A program made the translations under genes and the position numbers. From Octopus bimaculoides (Eukaryota): a stretch of DNA of 63,638 nt. The notes beneath the pieces were generated by a model, which was given only the letters and a program-made list of their open reading frames with translations, made no database searches and was not told the DNA's origin. The DNA is taken from positions 7,347,620 through 7,411,257 of the forward strand of contig NC_068998.1 in assembly GCF_001194135.2 (NCBI RefSeq), written 5' to 3'. Positions 11,916 to 26,070 of the stretch are shown here, one piece after another. How positions within the stretch are numbered: the stretch's first letter is position 1; the number at the start of each line of letters is the position of its first letter.

Positions 11916-12712
11916 TAGAATGATGAAAGGTAAAGTTGAGATTGTGAAGATTTGAACACAGATTGTATAATGTCACTATGCTAGATAATAATGTTATTGA
12001 GAATGTGACGGCATTTTTTTGAATATGCATGTGTGTGAGTGTGTGTGTGTGTGTGTGTAGTGTGGGCTGTACATTGTGTGTGGCTACATCTATGGAAGTA
12101 TTTGCATTGACTCTCTTTTATTATTAGATTTATGATAGCTATGTATGTATACACACACAAAAAAAAAACATATATATACACGTACCCTTACAATAACTAT
12201 GTAACAAAGTAGAAAAGAATTATGAAAAAAAAAACACTTTTTTAATAAAGTAATTGAAACCCCTCACTCTCTCCCACAATACCACTGCTACCAAAAACAG
12301 AGTTAGACAAAGAAAAAAATAGTTAAATATAAAAAAAATTGAAAATCTAAAATCCACATGTGTGCAATTTGAATTAGTTTAGAATATCTATCAAATTTAG
12401 TCTTAAAATATTGACAGTTGTATTTATACTGATATTCCAAGAGAAACTAGAGATGAATTTGCAATTGTCTCAAATAGTGCTACAGTAGTAATCCAATTGG
12501 TGGTAGAGTTGGTCTATATGATACTGCATGTATCGGTTTATGATATATATTCAAACACAGGATAACACTAGCTATAACATTTTGTCTCAATATAGAACCT
12601 TACCAAAGAAATTTGTGAGTAAAAAAATATAGATACAGCGCTCTGTGTTTTATAAGTCTTTTCAAGAAGTTTCTCTCAGACAAAATATTGCAGCAAGCAC
12701 TGTTGTAAATTT

Positions 12713-12746
<34 letters not shown>

Positions 12747-12751
<5 letters not shown>

Positions 12752-12960
12752 AGAGGGATGACCACTAATTGGACATCCATTATGCTAGATGTTAGACCCC
12801 ATATGGTCTGACCACTTAGAAAATATTGTTCTCTATCTTTTCATTTGTCTTGCTTGCTTACGTTCTGGCATTTGCTGAATTTTCTTGAGAACAATCTTTT
12901 CTTAGTGGTCAGACCATATGGGGTCTACATCTAGCATAATGGATGTCATCCCTCTTATAT
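12747..12960. mobile_element. Palindromic MITE-like element next to (TA)n
   Basis: About 75-bp inverted arms ATATAAGAGGGATGAC...GACCCCATATGGTCTGACCAC; left arm has a 12-nt insertion; about 50-nt spacer. Confidence 0.8.
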
Positions 12961-13080
12961 GCATGTAATATAATTTTTCTGAATCTTCAGATTTTTCAAT
13001 ATGCTAGGTCAGTGGTTTTAAATTGATATTATTCAAATTAATATTCAATTTTTCACCCTTATTATTTAAATTTATATATA

Positions 13081-13159
<79 letters not shown>

Positions 13160-14139
13160 AATGATATCCCCATTGTTATATTAATCTAATCCTGTTTCAA
13201 GTGTGTATACTTATTTAGTTGGTTTCTGATATGTAATGTTAACTATCATGGTTTAGTAGGTTTATATACAAGCACATAGGCACATATACATACTTACACT
13301 CGTAATTGGTCTCTGTTATTGGACTGTGTGCACACAGGGCACTGCTTTGTAGACCGTAGTTAATTACAAGTTGCTAGCCCTAATTTTATTGACCTTAGAA
13401 AGATGAAAAGCAATGTTGACCTTGGTCGGATTTATTATAACGTAGTCAGTCTATTATTCCAGAAAATCTATGAAACAGACTAACAAACATACACATGACG
13501 GACTCCCCCATTCAAGATCACCACATGAACATGCAGTTGTTCAGTCGACTGAACAATTTACTCATTGAATTATCATGCACAGTAGCTGAGCATACCACTG
13601 CTATGTTGTACCTTTTCAAACAGGGTACATGCTCCTATGGAATACTCTGTAAGTAACATATGTGTAAAGAAGAATGTTAAAACTATACGTCTTAAATCTT
13701 CTTATATTCATTTCAATTCAATGCTAATAATAAATAATTTCTTTAAATTCACTGTTAATAATAAATCAAAATTTGTTGCAAAAATCTATTTTATCACAAG
13801 ATTTTCAAAAGATATTGCAGTAATGAAATATTAGAGATAATTTACAGCTCTTTAGTTTTATTTGTATAGACTTTTATTATCACGATCATTATTTTAATTA
13901 CAATATTCTGCAATACTGTATATATATACATTTAAATGTGGAAAAATACTAAAAGCTGTAAATTATACATTCAAAGAAGAACAGTGTGGGTTATTTAATA
14001 TGTTGATCACAGTTATTAAGTATCACCAGAAGAATATTAACCCTTATCATGAAAATATAAAAGCGAAAATTATATTGTTAATCCTCCACAATTAGACATA
14101 TACTAATGAATAAAGAAACCGACATATATGAAGTCTTAT

Positions 14140-14345
14140 TAACATTCTACTGTTGGTCTTGTACTTGGAGATGTTTATCGGTTCTTCATTATCAGCAAAG
14201 ATGTCTTTCTCAATGCTAAGCAGCATAAGATCAAAAAGACTTTTTTCTTCTTCACACCTGCTGTTTATACTCAGCTAACTTAGCTTTGAAGAGCAATCCT
14301 CCATAGTTTCACTGTTATTGGAAGTGTTGCTTAAATGTAAGTAAC
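14140..14345 (-). mobile_element. hAT transposase C-terminal (dimerisation domain) relic
   Basis: Minus-strand frames give TLPITV...SKL...LFDLMLLSIEKDI, resembling TLPVT.AS.ERSFSKL...RL..LALLSIE; frameshifts and stops. Confidence 0.5.
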
Positions 14346-14884
14346 TCATGTTTGGGAAGACAAGAAAAACATCATTGTCCTAGACACAATTGAAAATAAA
14401 TCACAGATAAATCACAGATAAATCACAGATAAAGAAGGCTAAGTATATCTAAGATGCAAAGGACTATTGTGATTATTATATTTACAGAAACATTGCATTC
14501 TTTTACGTACGTAATTTTATGCACTTTTAATGGAAAATGTATTGTTTTTGAAAATCAATATCATTAAATATGTAAAGGTTATGTGTTACTTGATAAAACA
14601 TTTATTAATTTGAAAAAGAAAAAAGAAAATAAATTTTGAAATTGTATATCGGAAACTGTACTTAGTCGAACATTTTATATATTGATTTAACAATTATGGA
14701 ACCAATAGCTGAAAACCAAGTTCTAGTAACATGTATATGATTAGAATATATCTTTGAATTTTGACAAAAAGTTCCCTTTTTGTCAAACCCTTGTTTTTGT
14801 GTAACTATGTGAATACGTCGTTAAGCAGACTGCAACACTTTTGTATTAATGAATGTGCTCTAGTAGCATACAAAGTAAATAAAT

Positions 14885-15200
14885 TATTATTATTGTTCAG
14901 TAGTTTTAGTTTTATAGCGTGCTTTCACTTCACTACCGAGCGCAGCTCTGTGTGCCTTGGGTATGTGCTGTGGTTTGCTGTGATGCTCTTATGGTTACTG
15001 TATTGAAAGTGTTTTGTGTGGGATGTGTGCAGTGCCCAGTAGTGCAATTTTCTGCATGTTATATATATTTGTAAGTCCTGGTGTTTTTGTTATGTATTTG
15101 TCTGAATATTTTTTTATCATACCTAAGGCACCTACTATGATACGAATTGTTTCTGTTTTTAGATTCCACATTCGAGTTACCTCTATTTCCAGGTCTTTGT
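14885..15200 (-). mobile_element. R4/Dong-like (RLE) non-LTR retrotransposon 3' end
   Basis: KDLEIEVTRMWNLKTETIRIIVGALGMIKKYSDKYITKTPGLTNIYNMQKIALLGTAHILHKTLSIQ* (stop 14995-97), 3'UTR and (TAA)n tail. Confidence 0.8.
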
Positions 15201-15204
15201 GTTT

Positions 15205-15410
<206 letters not shown>

Positions 15411-16155
15411 TACAATTATCGTTTTCACCACCACCAGGGTCGATAAAATAAGTAAGAATCAATCACTGGGGTTGATTTCAACGATTTAACCCCTTCTCTT
15501 GAAAAGGCCGACCTCCTGCCAAAATCCAAAACCATTATTACTGCTAGTAATAGTAGTAGCAGCAGCAGCAACAATAGTAGTAGTAGTAGTAGTAGTAGTA
15601 GTTGGAGGAGGAGGAGGAGGAGGGGGTAGGATCAGCAGCAGCAGTGATGGTAGTTTCCTTAATCTGATTTAATGTATGGTTTATTTCGCTAGTCTCTAAT
15701 GTACAACTTAAGTGCTTAAAAGATGCAGTAGACTTTGTAAAAATAAACAAATATAACTAAAATAAATGTAATAAAAACTACCTACCATAGACATATTTTC
15801 ACTATTTAAAAAAAAAAAAAAAATTATATACTTTTTTTCTGTTTTATTTAGATTATTTATTTATTTTTCTCTTACTCGAGAAAATACCAACATAAGTTTA
15901 GAAGGCATCAATAATATAAAAATATTATCATTATATTATTTTTTGGGTTTTTTTATTTGGTTTTGTCATGTTCAGTTATTTTTTATGTGTGTTTTTGGCT
16001 ATTTAATATATTATATTTAGTTATTTCATTATTTGTATTTCTATTTTTTTATTTTTATATTTTTTGATCTGAATAGTTCTGATGCATCAAATGTATAGTT
16101 AACTAGTTAAAGTAATGTATGTATGTTAAAACATGTGAATGTATATGTGCGTGTG

Positions 16156-16186
<31 letters not shown>

Positions 16187-17165
16187 AAGTTAATTGTGTA
16201 TGTGTTCATGTCGGTGTGATGTTATGACATAGTCAAATTATATTGGATTGAAGCAAATGAATATAAATGAGTAAAAAAAAAAATTGAAATAAGGTGGCTG
16301 GGAGAGAAAGAGAGAGGAGAGAGACAGAGTGACAGAGAGGTATAGACATCATGTATATATATATAAATATATATATATATANNNNNNNNNNNNNNNNNNN
16401 NNNNNNNNNNNNNNNNNNNNNNNNNNNNNNNNNNNNNNNNNNNNNNNNNNNNNNNNNNNNNNNNNNNNNNNNNNNNNNNNNNNNNNNNNNNNNNNNNNNN
16501 NNNNNNNNNNNNNNNNNNNNNNNNNNNNNNNNNNNNNNNNNNNNNNNNNNNNNNNNNNNNNNNNNNNNNNNNNNNNNNNNNNNNNNNNNNNNNNNNNNNN
16601 NNNNNNNNNNNNNNNNNNNNNNNNNNNNNNNNNNNNNNNNNNNNNNNNNNNNNNNNNNNNNNNNNNNNNNNNNNNNNNNNNNNNNNNNNNNNNNNNNNNN
16701 NNNNNNNNNNNNNNNNNNNNNNNNNNNNNNNNNNNNNNNNNNNNNNNNNNNNNNNNNNNNNNNNNNNNNNNNNNNNNNNNNNNNNNNNNNNNNNNNNNNN
16801 NNNNNNNNNNNNNNNNNNNNNNNNNNNNNNNNNNNNNNNNNNNNNNNNNNNNNNNNNNNNNNNNNNNNNNNNNNNNNNNNNNNNNNNNNNNNNNNNNNNN
16901 NNNNNNNNNNNNNNNNNNNNNNNNNNNNNNNNNNNNNNNNNNNNNNNNNNNNNNNNNNNNNNNNNNNNNNNNNNNNAGAGAGAGAGAGAGATAGAGAGAG
17001 AGAGAAAGGCACAGCAGACATAAATACAGGCAGACACAAGCAATATAAGAATCATCAGGAGAGATGAATAAATGAATAGATATTTAAATAGTTATAAAGT
17101 AATATCGTTGTTGCGAAATATTGTGGGAGTTATATATAACAAAACATTGTTGCTGCTACTGGTGG

Positions 17166-17208
<43 letters not shown>

Positions 17209-17286
17209 TAGTCGGTTAGAAGAGATAGATAACTGAATAAAATGTGATAGATAACCAAATAGTTGTGATAACATAACTAAATAAGT

Positions 17287-17570
17287 GAGGTGATGTATAA
17301 ACAAATGGAGGTGATTGTTAACTAAGAAGGTGAAAGCTGTCTTGGTACAGGACCTAAGTAAACAACAGAGAGGTAACGAAACAGCGGCAAAGTTGATGAA
17401 TAATTAAAAGTTTGATCTTTGTGGGTTAATGACATCTGAAGACATGTTTCAGTCTGTTGGATCTCATCGGCAAAATACAGTCTACTGAAGCTTGCATGAC
17501 CATTTATGTGACAAAATTTTGGCACATGAAAAAATTATAGTTAAGAATGATGTTTCAGTAATATCTTGAA
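17287..17570 (-). repeat. Copy 1 of a diverged direct-repeat pair with HHR-like core at 17441-17470
   Basis: Aligns by eye with 18345-18630; minus strand CCGATGA-GATC-CAACA-GACT-GAAAC-AT-GTC. Confidence 0.7.
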
Positions 17571-17578
17571 TCTTTCAA

Positions 17579-17795
17579 GGCTGCGAGCTTGCAGAGATGC
17601 TAACACGCCGGGTGAAATGCTTAGCGGTATTTCGCCTGTCTTTACATTCTGAGTTCAAATTCTGCTGAGGCCGACGTTGCCTTTCATCCTTTCAGAGTCG
17701 ATAAATTAAGTAGCAGTTGCAAACTGGGGTCGATCTAATCGACGGGCCCCCTACCCCAAAAGTTCAGGCCTTGTGCCTAGAGTAGCAAAAAACAT
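17579..17795 (+). mobile_element. SINE family B with target-site duplication GAATC(T/C)TTCA
   Basis: Full head and tail; GAATCTTTCA before and GAATCCTTCA after. Confidence 0.85.
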
Positions 17796-17804
17796 TTCGA
17801 ATCC

Positions 17805-18150
17805 TTCACTTGATTCTGTCATTAGACTGTGATCAAACTAAGACACAGCCTTGAAAGGTTAAGTCAAACAGACAAACCCCAGTATTTGATATTAATCCTG
17901 GTATATACCCTATTGGTCTTGTTTGCCAAACTGCTAAGTTAAACGAACACAAACAAGACAACACTAGTTGTCAAGTGGTATTGAGGGACAAGCACAACAC
18001 AAATACATTCATATATATATATATATATATATAACACTCACAAGACTTTGGTCAGCCCAATGCTTCGGTAGAAGATACTTGCCTAAGATATCGTGCAGTG
18101 GGACTGAACTTAGGACCACATGATTGAGAAGCAATCATCTTAACTACAAG
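17805..18150 (-). mobile_element. SINE family A, old copy
   Basis: Diverged reverse-complement match to 3567-4005. Confidence 0.7.
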
Positions 18151-18344
18151 AGTCCTGTCTATACCTGTTATGATTTCTTATTTGAAAAGATAAAGTTAAT
18201 GAATGAAGGGAAATAACTCAGTGGAGTTGATAATCAAAGTACCGAATACTGTACACCAAAAAAATTAATTAGTTTAAGGTTTATCCTAATGGATTTTAAC
18301 TAATGAAGAATATTTTCTGAATGAGATTCAATACATTATCCAAA

Positions 18345-18630
18345 GAGGTGATGTGTAAGCAAATGGGGGTGATGGTTAACTTAAAAGGTGGTAGCTAACT
18401 TGATACAAGAGGTAAATAAACAACAGAGAGGAGGAGAGAGATATAGAAACAGAAGCAAAGTTGATAAATAATTAAAAGTTTGATCTTTGTGGGCTAAAGA
18501 TGACTAAGGACATGTTTCAATCTATTGGATCTCATCAGCACAATACAGCCTACGGAAGCTTGCTTGACCATTTGACAAAATTTTACACATAGGATAAACT
18601 AGTTAGGAATTTTGTTTCAGTAATATCTTG
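18345..18630 (-). repeat. Copy 2 of direct-repeat pair with HHR core at 18509-18538
   Basis: Minus strand CTGATGA-GATC-CAATA-GATT-GAAAC-AT-GTC; catalytic core intact, palindromic ACATGT stem III, stem I poorly paired. Confidence 0.7.
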
Positions 18631-19781
18631 TATCTTTCATTTGATTCAGTCATTAGACTGTGGCCTTACTGAGACACAATGGATTTTAACTAATGAAGAA
18701 TATTTTCTGAATGAAATTTAGTACATTATCCTTTCACTTATTGAATTTATGCCATTGATTTGTTTGAGTCATTTCTCTAAGTTCATGTTATTTTATAATT
18801 ATGTGTATTATATTGCTAACAATGATACATAGTTTATGGTTATGAAGTTGTGTTGCAAGATTCTTGATGTGAAACCGTGCGTTGAAACATATATTGTTAC
18901 ATTTCGAGATGGTCATTTCCATTTTTTTTTCCAAATAAACACAATCACTATATATAGATTAAGCAGAACAAAAGGACACACATGGATGGAAAGGAAAGAG
19001 ATCACAGATGTGTGACGAAAGATTTCCAGACAATGGACATAACATAGAATAAAAACAGTAATAAACAAGTGAAGAATGAATGAATATATAGTACATATGT
19101 TTATTTAGCCAAAAACAAAAACGAAACAAATGACCATCCCAAAATATAACAATACAGATATATAACTTGTTTTCTGTATGTAAAAGTTTTTCTTAACTGA
19201 TGAAGTCGGCCTCTGCAGGCTGTATTAATATTCCCTAACATAACCATAATTAGCATTTGTTTACAAACAAGAGAATAAGACTTTCTATTTTTCTAAGGAT
19301 GTAAATATATTTTTAAAATTAATTTCTAGGAATTAACTTGCTTCTCTTTAGGGAATACACTCACACCTTAGCAGCTGTTAGGCCTTTTTTTCATTTATTT
19401 TCTCCAACAAAAACAAGAATTTCAAATTTTTTTTTTACAGATGGCATTCAGTACATTACTCATTTATCCAAATACAAATAAATATACCATTTCCTCGCTT
19501 TAATTTTTAATTAGAGCAGAATACAGTTGCAAAATTCTGGTATGACCATATTTCTCTCTCTCTCTCTCTCTCTCTACAACAAGAGTGCAAGTATATTGGC
19601 ATAGAAATCTCTCTCTGTAAATATGTGCATATATGTGTATGTATGTATGTGTGTTTATACATAAATATATATATATATATATACACACATATATATATAT
19701 ATACATATAAATATACATATTTCTATATATATATGTGTGTGTATATATACATAAAATACATATACACATACATACAAATAT

Positions 19782-19859
<78 letters not shown>

Positions 19860-20445
19860 GAATATATATATATTCGAATATATATGTGTGTATATATATA
19901 TATANNNNNNNNNNNNNNNNNNNNNNNNNNNNNNNNNNNNNNNNNNNNNNNNNNNNNNNNNNNNNNNNNNNNNNNNNNNNNNNNNNNNNNNNNNNNNNNN
20001 NNNNNNNNNNNNNNNNNNNNNNNNNNNNNNNNNNNNNNNNNNNNNNNNNNNNNNNNNNNNNNNNNNNNNNNNNNNNNNNNNNNNNNNNNNNNNNNNNNNN
20101 NNNNNNNNNNNNNNNNNNNNNNNNNNNNNNNNNNNNNNNNNNNNNNNNNNNNNNNNNNNNNNNNNNNNNNNNNNNNNNNNNNNNNNNNNNNNNNNNNNNN
20201 NNNNNNNNNNNNNNNNNNNNNNNNNNNNNNNNNNNNNNNNNNNNNNNNNNNNNNNNNNNNNNNNNNNNNNNNNNNNNNNNNNNNNNNNNNNNNNNNNNNN
20301 NNNNNNNNNNNNNNNNNNNNNNNNNNNNNNNNNNNNNNNNNNNNNNNNNNNNNNNNNNNNNNNNNNNNNNNNNNNNNNNNNNNNNNNNNNNNNNNNNNNN
20401 NNNNNNNNNNNNNNNNNNNNNNNNNNNNNNNATCTTCGGATTTTT

Positions 20446-20566
20446 TCAATTTGAACCAGTGGTCTAGCATATTAAAAAAATCCGAAGATTAAAATTATAT
20501 TTCTGTATGTAATATAATTTTAATCTTCGGATTTTTTTAATATGCTAGACCACTGGTTCAAATTGA
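20446..20566. repeat. Perfect 56-bp inverted repeat with 9-nt loop
   Basis: TCAATTTGAACCAGTGGTCTAGCATATTAAAAAAATCCGAAGATTAAAATTATATT / exact reverse complement at 20511-20566; a diverged single arm occurs at about 12965-13030. Confidence 0.85.
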
Positions 20567-20591
20567 TTAATATCAATTTCTACGCTCATAA

Positions 20592-20627
<36 letters not shown>

Positions 20628-20709
20628 TCATCATCATCATCATCATCATCGTCGTTTAACGTCCGCTTTCCATGCTAGCATGGGTTGGACGATTTGACTG
20701 TGAATAAAT

Positions 20710-21150
20710 AAAGACAATTACTGAACCCCTACAAAGCTGGGGGTGAGACACACAATAGAGTATTGCTCTCACATCTAGAATGGTACGGCTGCTAAACACA
20801 GACATCCTAGATTACTCCCAGAACAAGGTCAGTTGACTGATGGAAATAAAGACATTCAGGCATGCTCTAGCCCCTGTCACACAGATAAGCTGTCTCCTCG
20901 CTCTGTCCATTTTACCACTACTGCAATGAGCTCTGCTCCATGTAAAATGCTAGACTTTTGCCACCTCTACTCACGCGCTTCCATCCTATTTGTCTCATTA
21001 CCCTTGAGTTCAATTCCTCTCTGGATCACACACCATTTATTACACCCAGTTGTTCCTTCACAGAAAGTCATCCCTTGGAACTTCATCTGCGTTAATACCT
21101 TTCCCACAGGTGACCACTTACAATAGTTCAGGAAGAGGACAGGTGAGAGC
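20710..21150 (+). mobile_element. CR1/L2-group LINE 3' relic
   Basis: YKAGVRHTIEYCSHI*NG resembles YKAQVRP.MEY.S..W.GA; downstream ends near FPTGDHLQ*FRK; frameshifted. Confidence 0.65.
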
Positions 21151-23824
21151 CAGGGATACTTCTTCATCCTGCAAATTCAGTAAGAAGAAAAGAAACAATT
21201 GATTTGCATCCACAAATAAGATCTAATGTACAATTGCGTGAATTGTACATTAAGATTTGAACTAGAAGGAAAGCATTGGCCATCAGTAGAGAAAGCTGCA
21301 AGAGAAAATATTAAATCAATACAGTGTAAAATGAAATAAGATTAAGAAAAAAAAGAAAACATGTAACATCAAGATAAATAAGCCAAGTAAATAATGATAT
21401 TAAATATACAACACAGCCAAGTTTATAAAATATTATATAATTTTAGCAAATCATTAATTGTAAGGTAATTCACCTTCTGTGAATTCCATTTCATGGAAAG
21501 CAATATCATATAATTGTTCCACAGAGGTTCTGTATGTGTAATGGTTATCTAAATATACAGAATGGCAAATATATGTATGCGATGTGAACAATCAGCCATA
21601 TAATAACAGTCTTTGCTGAGAAATAAAGTCTTATTCAAGTCCATTTTAGAACATTGTAAATTTAATTGGCTATATGTTCATTTCTTGAAATCACTTTATC
21701 CACCTAAGTTTGTGCATTTGCAGTAAGTAATGATAACACTATACTTCATCTGTTAAAGGCCTCATCTATAATTACGATGTCAACGATTGGAAAGACGGCA
21801 AATATAAATTATCTATTGTAGTGCGTTAATAAATATTAATACTGGTCTTCAGATTATGCTGGCTGGTAAACTAAGACATGAAATGATCCTTGATTCTACA
21901 TGCTTATTTGAAAAGCGAAGTTAGATAAACAAGCAGTTCCAACAACGAACATATATCTTGCCATAAAACAGCATGGCTGTGTGGTTAAGATGCTTGCTTC
22001 CCAACTATGTGGTTTGAGGTTCTGTCCTAGTGTGCAGCAGCTTGGGTAAGTGTTATTTACGTAGATATATATATGTATGTATGCATTTATGTATGTCATT
22101 CTTCAGTTTTATTTCAAGATTTCTTGCCAATAGAGAAAGAGCCAGTTTCCTTCAATGGAATTTCAGCATCAACAACAGGATATTTTTGTTTCTATGTATG
22201 TAGGTGTGTAGATTTGTATGCTTTGTTTTATGTATGTTTTCTCATGCATATAGTTGCATATCTAGACATGCTCATGTATGTATATATGTATGCATGTATG
22301 TATGTATGTATGTATGTATGTATGTAGGTGCCCTTTGCAATGTGCGATGGATGTCACCATCATAAAAGTAACGTCATTTGTTTTCAATCTTCTTTGAAAA
22401 ACATGTCTGGCCATGGTGAAATATTACTTTTCTAGGGAAGAAGTGAGGGTTGGCAATAGGAAGGGTAGCCAGACACAGAAAATTCCGTTTGAACCATGCA
22501 AGCATGGAAAAGTGGTTGTTCAAATGATGATGATAAAATATATTCCCAACTTTCAATACTGACAGAGAAATTTTCATTGATTTCAATTCCAAATCACAAC
22601 TCAGATGTTATTGGTATTGATTTGCCTCAACTCAAACTTGATCAAAGAAAACTATAATCAAATGTATTATAGTTATATTCACTCCATCTTTTCCCAGACA
22701 CAGTGTATCTAGGACTGCAATGTTCAAAGGGACTGGTTTTTAAAACGTTCAAAATGTATGATATTAGTGATAGTTAGCTGTTAATTGTAGCAAATCTAGC
22801 TACCACACAAAGGCCTGCCACTCTCCTTGATTTATTTGAAGAGATGCAGAATATCAATTGTATATGATCCAGCTTGTCATTCAGATCAATGTGTCGAATT
22901 TAACAGCTGTTACCTTAAGAACCAAAATTGTTTAAAAGCTGTGGAATTGCTTTAGTGTCTTCTATTCTTATTAAATATTATCCTTCTCGTGAAAAACACT
23001 TCCATCATAATTAAGAGAAATAAAAGAGTCAGCTGAAAAGTTCGTGGTCTGATCAAGCTACTCTCCTGGAAAGTGGTGTCCAAATGAGGTTCATTTTCCA
23101 ACCCTGTTACAATTGGTTTTATATGTGAAGGGAGATCACTATGCAAATTCTTTGTATTATCTTCAAGACGTTCTCAGTGGTATCCAATCTCTGAAAGCGT
23201 CCCCCCTGTATCATGTTATTCATCTTGTTTAGCAGTGGCTGGATGAAAACATAACACTAATTTAGAACTAGTAACATTTACAAATAATGAAGAATTACAT
23301 TCTCCAAGACCAAATCTTTCTTTCTCGGAAAGTCTATAAAATAGTGTAATGAAAAGTTTGGTGGATCTGTAATGGGAATACATTTCTTGGCCCCTTCGAC
23401 ATAGCTAATTAACTGGGAGAAAGAGAAGCAAAAATGACATCAGTGCTTGACCGGTACTTATTTAGTTGACCCGGAAGAGATGAAAGGTAATGTGAACATT
23501 CGTAGGTTTTGAACTCAGGGCACAAAGAGCTGGAACAAGCACCACAACACAGTCTATCCAATGCTCCAACAACTTTACTAATGTGCCATATTCACTCTTA
23601 AATGAATTGAGGTCATGTAAAATGAAGTGTTCTGCCTAGAAATAGAATAATATGCATGTAGCAAATTTGAACTCACAACCTGTAGGCAGATAATCTAATT
23701 GTTTACCCTCTAAGTCATTTCACCTCTACACAAGTCTTACAGTTTTTACATAAAAAAACTAACTTGCCGGTTTAATTGGCAACGGCAACATTTTTTTCCA
23801 TCTATTTATTTAAATTAATTATTC

Positions 23825-23997
23825 TTGGCCATGCTGGAGCACCGCCTTTAGTCGAGAAAATGGACCCCAGGACTTATTCTTTGTAAGCTTAGTACTTATT
23901 CTATCAGTCTCTTTTATCGAACTGATAAGTTACAGGGACGTAAATACACCAGCACCGGTTGTCAAGCGATGGTGGGGGGACAAACACAGACACACAA

Positions 23998-24039
<42 letters not shown>

Positions 24040-24203
24040 GACGGGCTTCTTTCAGTTTCTGTCTACCAAATCCACTCACAAGGCTTTGGTCGGCCCGAGG
24101 CTATAGTAGAAAACACTTGCCCAAGGTGCCATGCAGTGGGACTGAACCCGGAACCATGTGGTTGGTAAGCAAGCTTCTTACCACACAGCCACTCCTGCAC
24201 CTA
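23825..24203 (-). mobile_element. SINE family A, young near-complete copy
   Basis: High identity to 3567-4005, 40985-41345, 57530-57945, 60300-60730. Confidence 0.9.
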
Positions 24204-25589
24204 TGGAGAATGTTGATGTGGAGAATGTTTTTTATCTAAAGATAAAGATCCTTTCAAATAGCAAACTGACAGATTCCATCTATATATGAAACCGAATGCC
24301 ATTGTTACTGGAAGTTCTGAAAACTTGATGGCTTGAAAATGCAGCTGGAGAGTAAGCTCAATACTTTGTCATGTTTCTAAAGGCTACATCTTATGTAAAG
24401 GCTTATGTTAAAGATTAAACCAGTGAATTAAATATGAGGATGAGCTGAAAAGCTCATATAACACCTCATATTTGTGTAAATACAGTGGAGATCATCTTCC
24501 ACATCCCAGAAGGCAGTGAAATGTTCCCCACATGGTATTAATTCAATATAGTTATGCTAATTTTTGATGCTCTTAATTTGTATTTTGTCACAATGGTAAT
24601 TTTCTTTTAACAAATTTTACAAAACAACTTAAGGCGAATTGATTGAGAATATCAAATACATTTTTCAGGCAGGACTAAAAATACTTTTATATTTAATGCA
24701 TCTTGATAATGAATGGTGAAACCAATGTCATGTTGACACCCAAATTCCATGAGCTATAAACGAATAATAATTCTCTGATGTCCTTTTACAAATATTCTGT
24801 TGCCAATCTAATTATACGAATTGAATTATGAGGAACAACCTCCATATAATTCCTGGCAACAAGTGTCCAACCTCTAGGATAGAACAATTCTAGTTAGAAG
24901 AATATTATTCAACCAAGTTGGTATGCAATTATTTGGGCTCAAGTTTTTTTCAATGAAAGTATAGAAGATTTTAATATTCAGTCCTTAATTTTCACTAGAA
25001 GGACAAATGAGAAGAGAATGCTGCTTGCAAATAACATTTTTTTTTTTTTTTTTTTTTACATTTTCAGACCCACTGATCACAACAATTTAGTTTAGAATAC
25101 AAATTGTAAGATGCAAATTGGATTGAACAAGATAATTAAGTGGAGTGGGATTCAATAATTACTAGCGCATAGTTTGCAGTTAAGATGGAAACACAATTCT
25201 CAACAGGTGGTTTGCAAGTTTCTTATTTCTCTGCTCTCTAATCAGAAATGCCATTACAAAGAAACTAATATGCTAAATAAATTGACCACTGAAATATAAA
25301 TTCTATTTTCAGTCGTATAATAACATTGAATATAAAGCCAAATTGTTGATTATTCATTGTAACTTCTTATTCATATATTCTATATAAACTGCTGTTGATT
25401 TAAAATAGTTAAACTGTACCAAAATTTCCTACAGGGAATCGTCATAGCAAGGGAGAAATTAGATCTGAATAGTATCATATAAGCTATCAAAGCTAATAAT
25501 AAACTTAGGATGCAGATTTTATGCAAGTGTTTTTGATCAGAATATGATGAAGATTTTGGCACAAATCAAATGCTACACAGTGCAGTTAG

Positions 25590-26070
25590 TGGAAATTCAT
25601 GATCGGAAGGCAGTGCAGTATCTGGACCTGAGTGATATAATTAGCATCGGAGATGGATCTAGTGCATTGAAAGTGTAAATTATAGGATATAAAGGAAGTG
25701 ACAGGTACTCAAAGAACTGCTATATCTTACTTGGCAACCACGATATGTTTTCTCCGCTTGATTGGAAAACTAAATGAGATCTGTATACAAAAGGTTCAAG
25801 TGAATTACAGGTGTGAATGCAGTGAAACTGTAGTTATTTGATTGAAAAGCACCAAATATGATATAACTCTTTAGGTGTATAAATTTCTTTCAGAAGAAAA
25901 ACTACAAGTGTACGAGTGACTTGGTAAAGTATCAGGCGTTGAAAGTATAAAACGATGGAAGAAGGGGACAACTGCTCAGATTTGGTTCTGTAATGTGATT
26001 AGATGATATATTATATGACTCAAATGTGAGTGAACGATGAAAGATCCTTGTGGACTTGAAAAGAAATAGA
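25590..26070 (+). mobile_element. Old RTE LINE RT/C-terminal relic
   Basis: Fragments such as QYLDLSDIISIGDGSS resemble RTE F.YLGD.IS.GGG.S; heavily decayed. Confidence 0.35.

Noticed and set aside
19195-19230. CTGATGA followed by a GGCC hairpin
   Set aside because: No GAAA, no stems I/III; the same applies to CTGATGA at 33537 and 56737.
21122-21168. 47-nt minus-strand segment with strong acceptor and GTAAGT donor (DEEVSLALTCPLPEL)
   Set aside because: Overlaps the antisense 3' end of the CR1-like relic; likely coincidental, although exonisation cannot be excluded.
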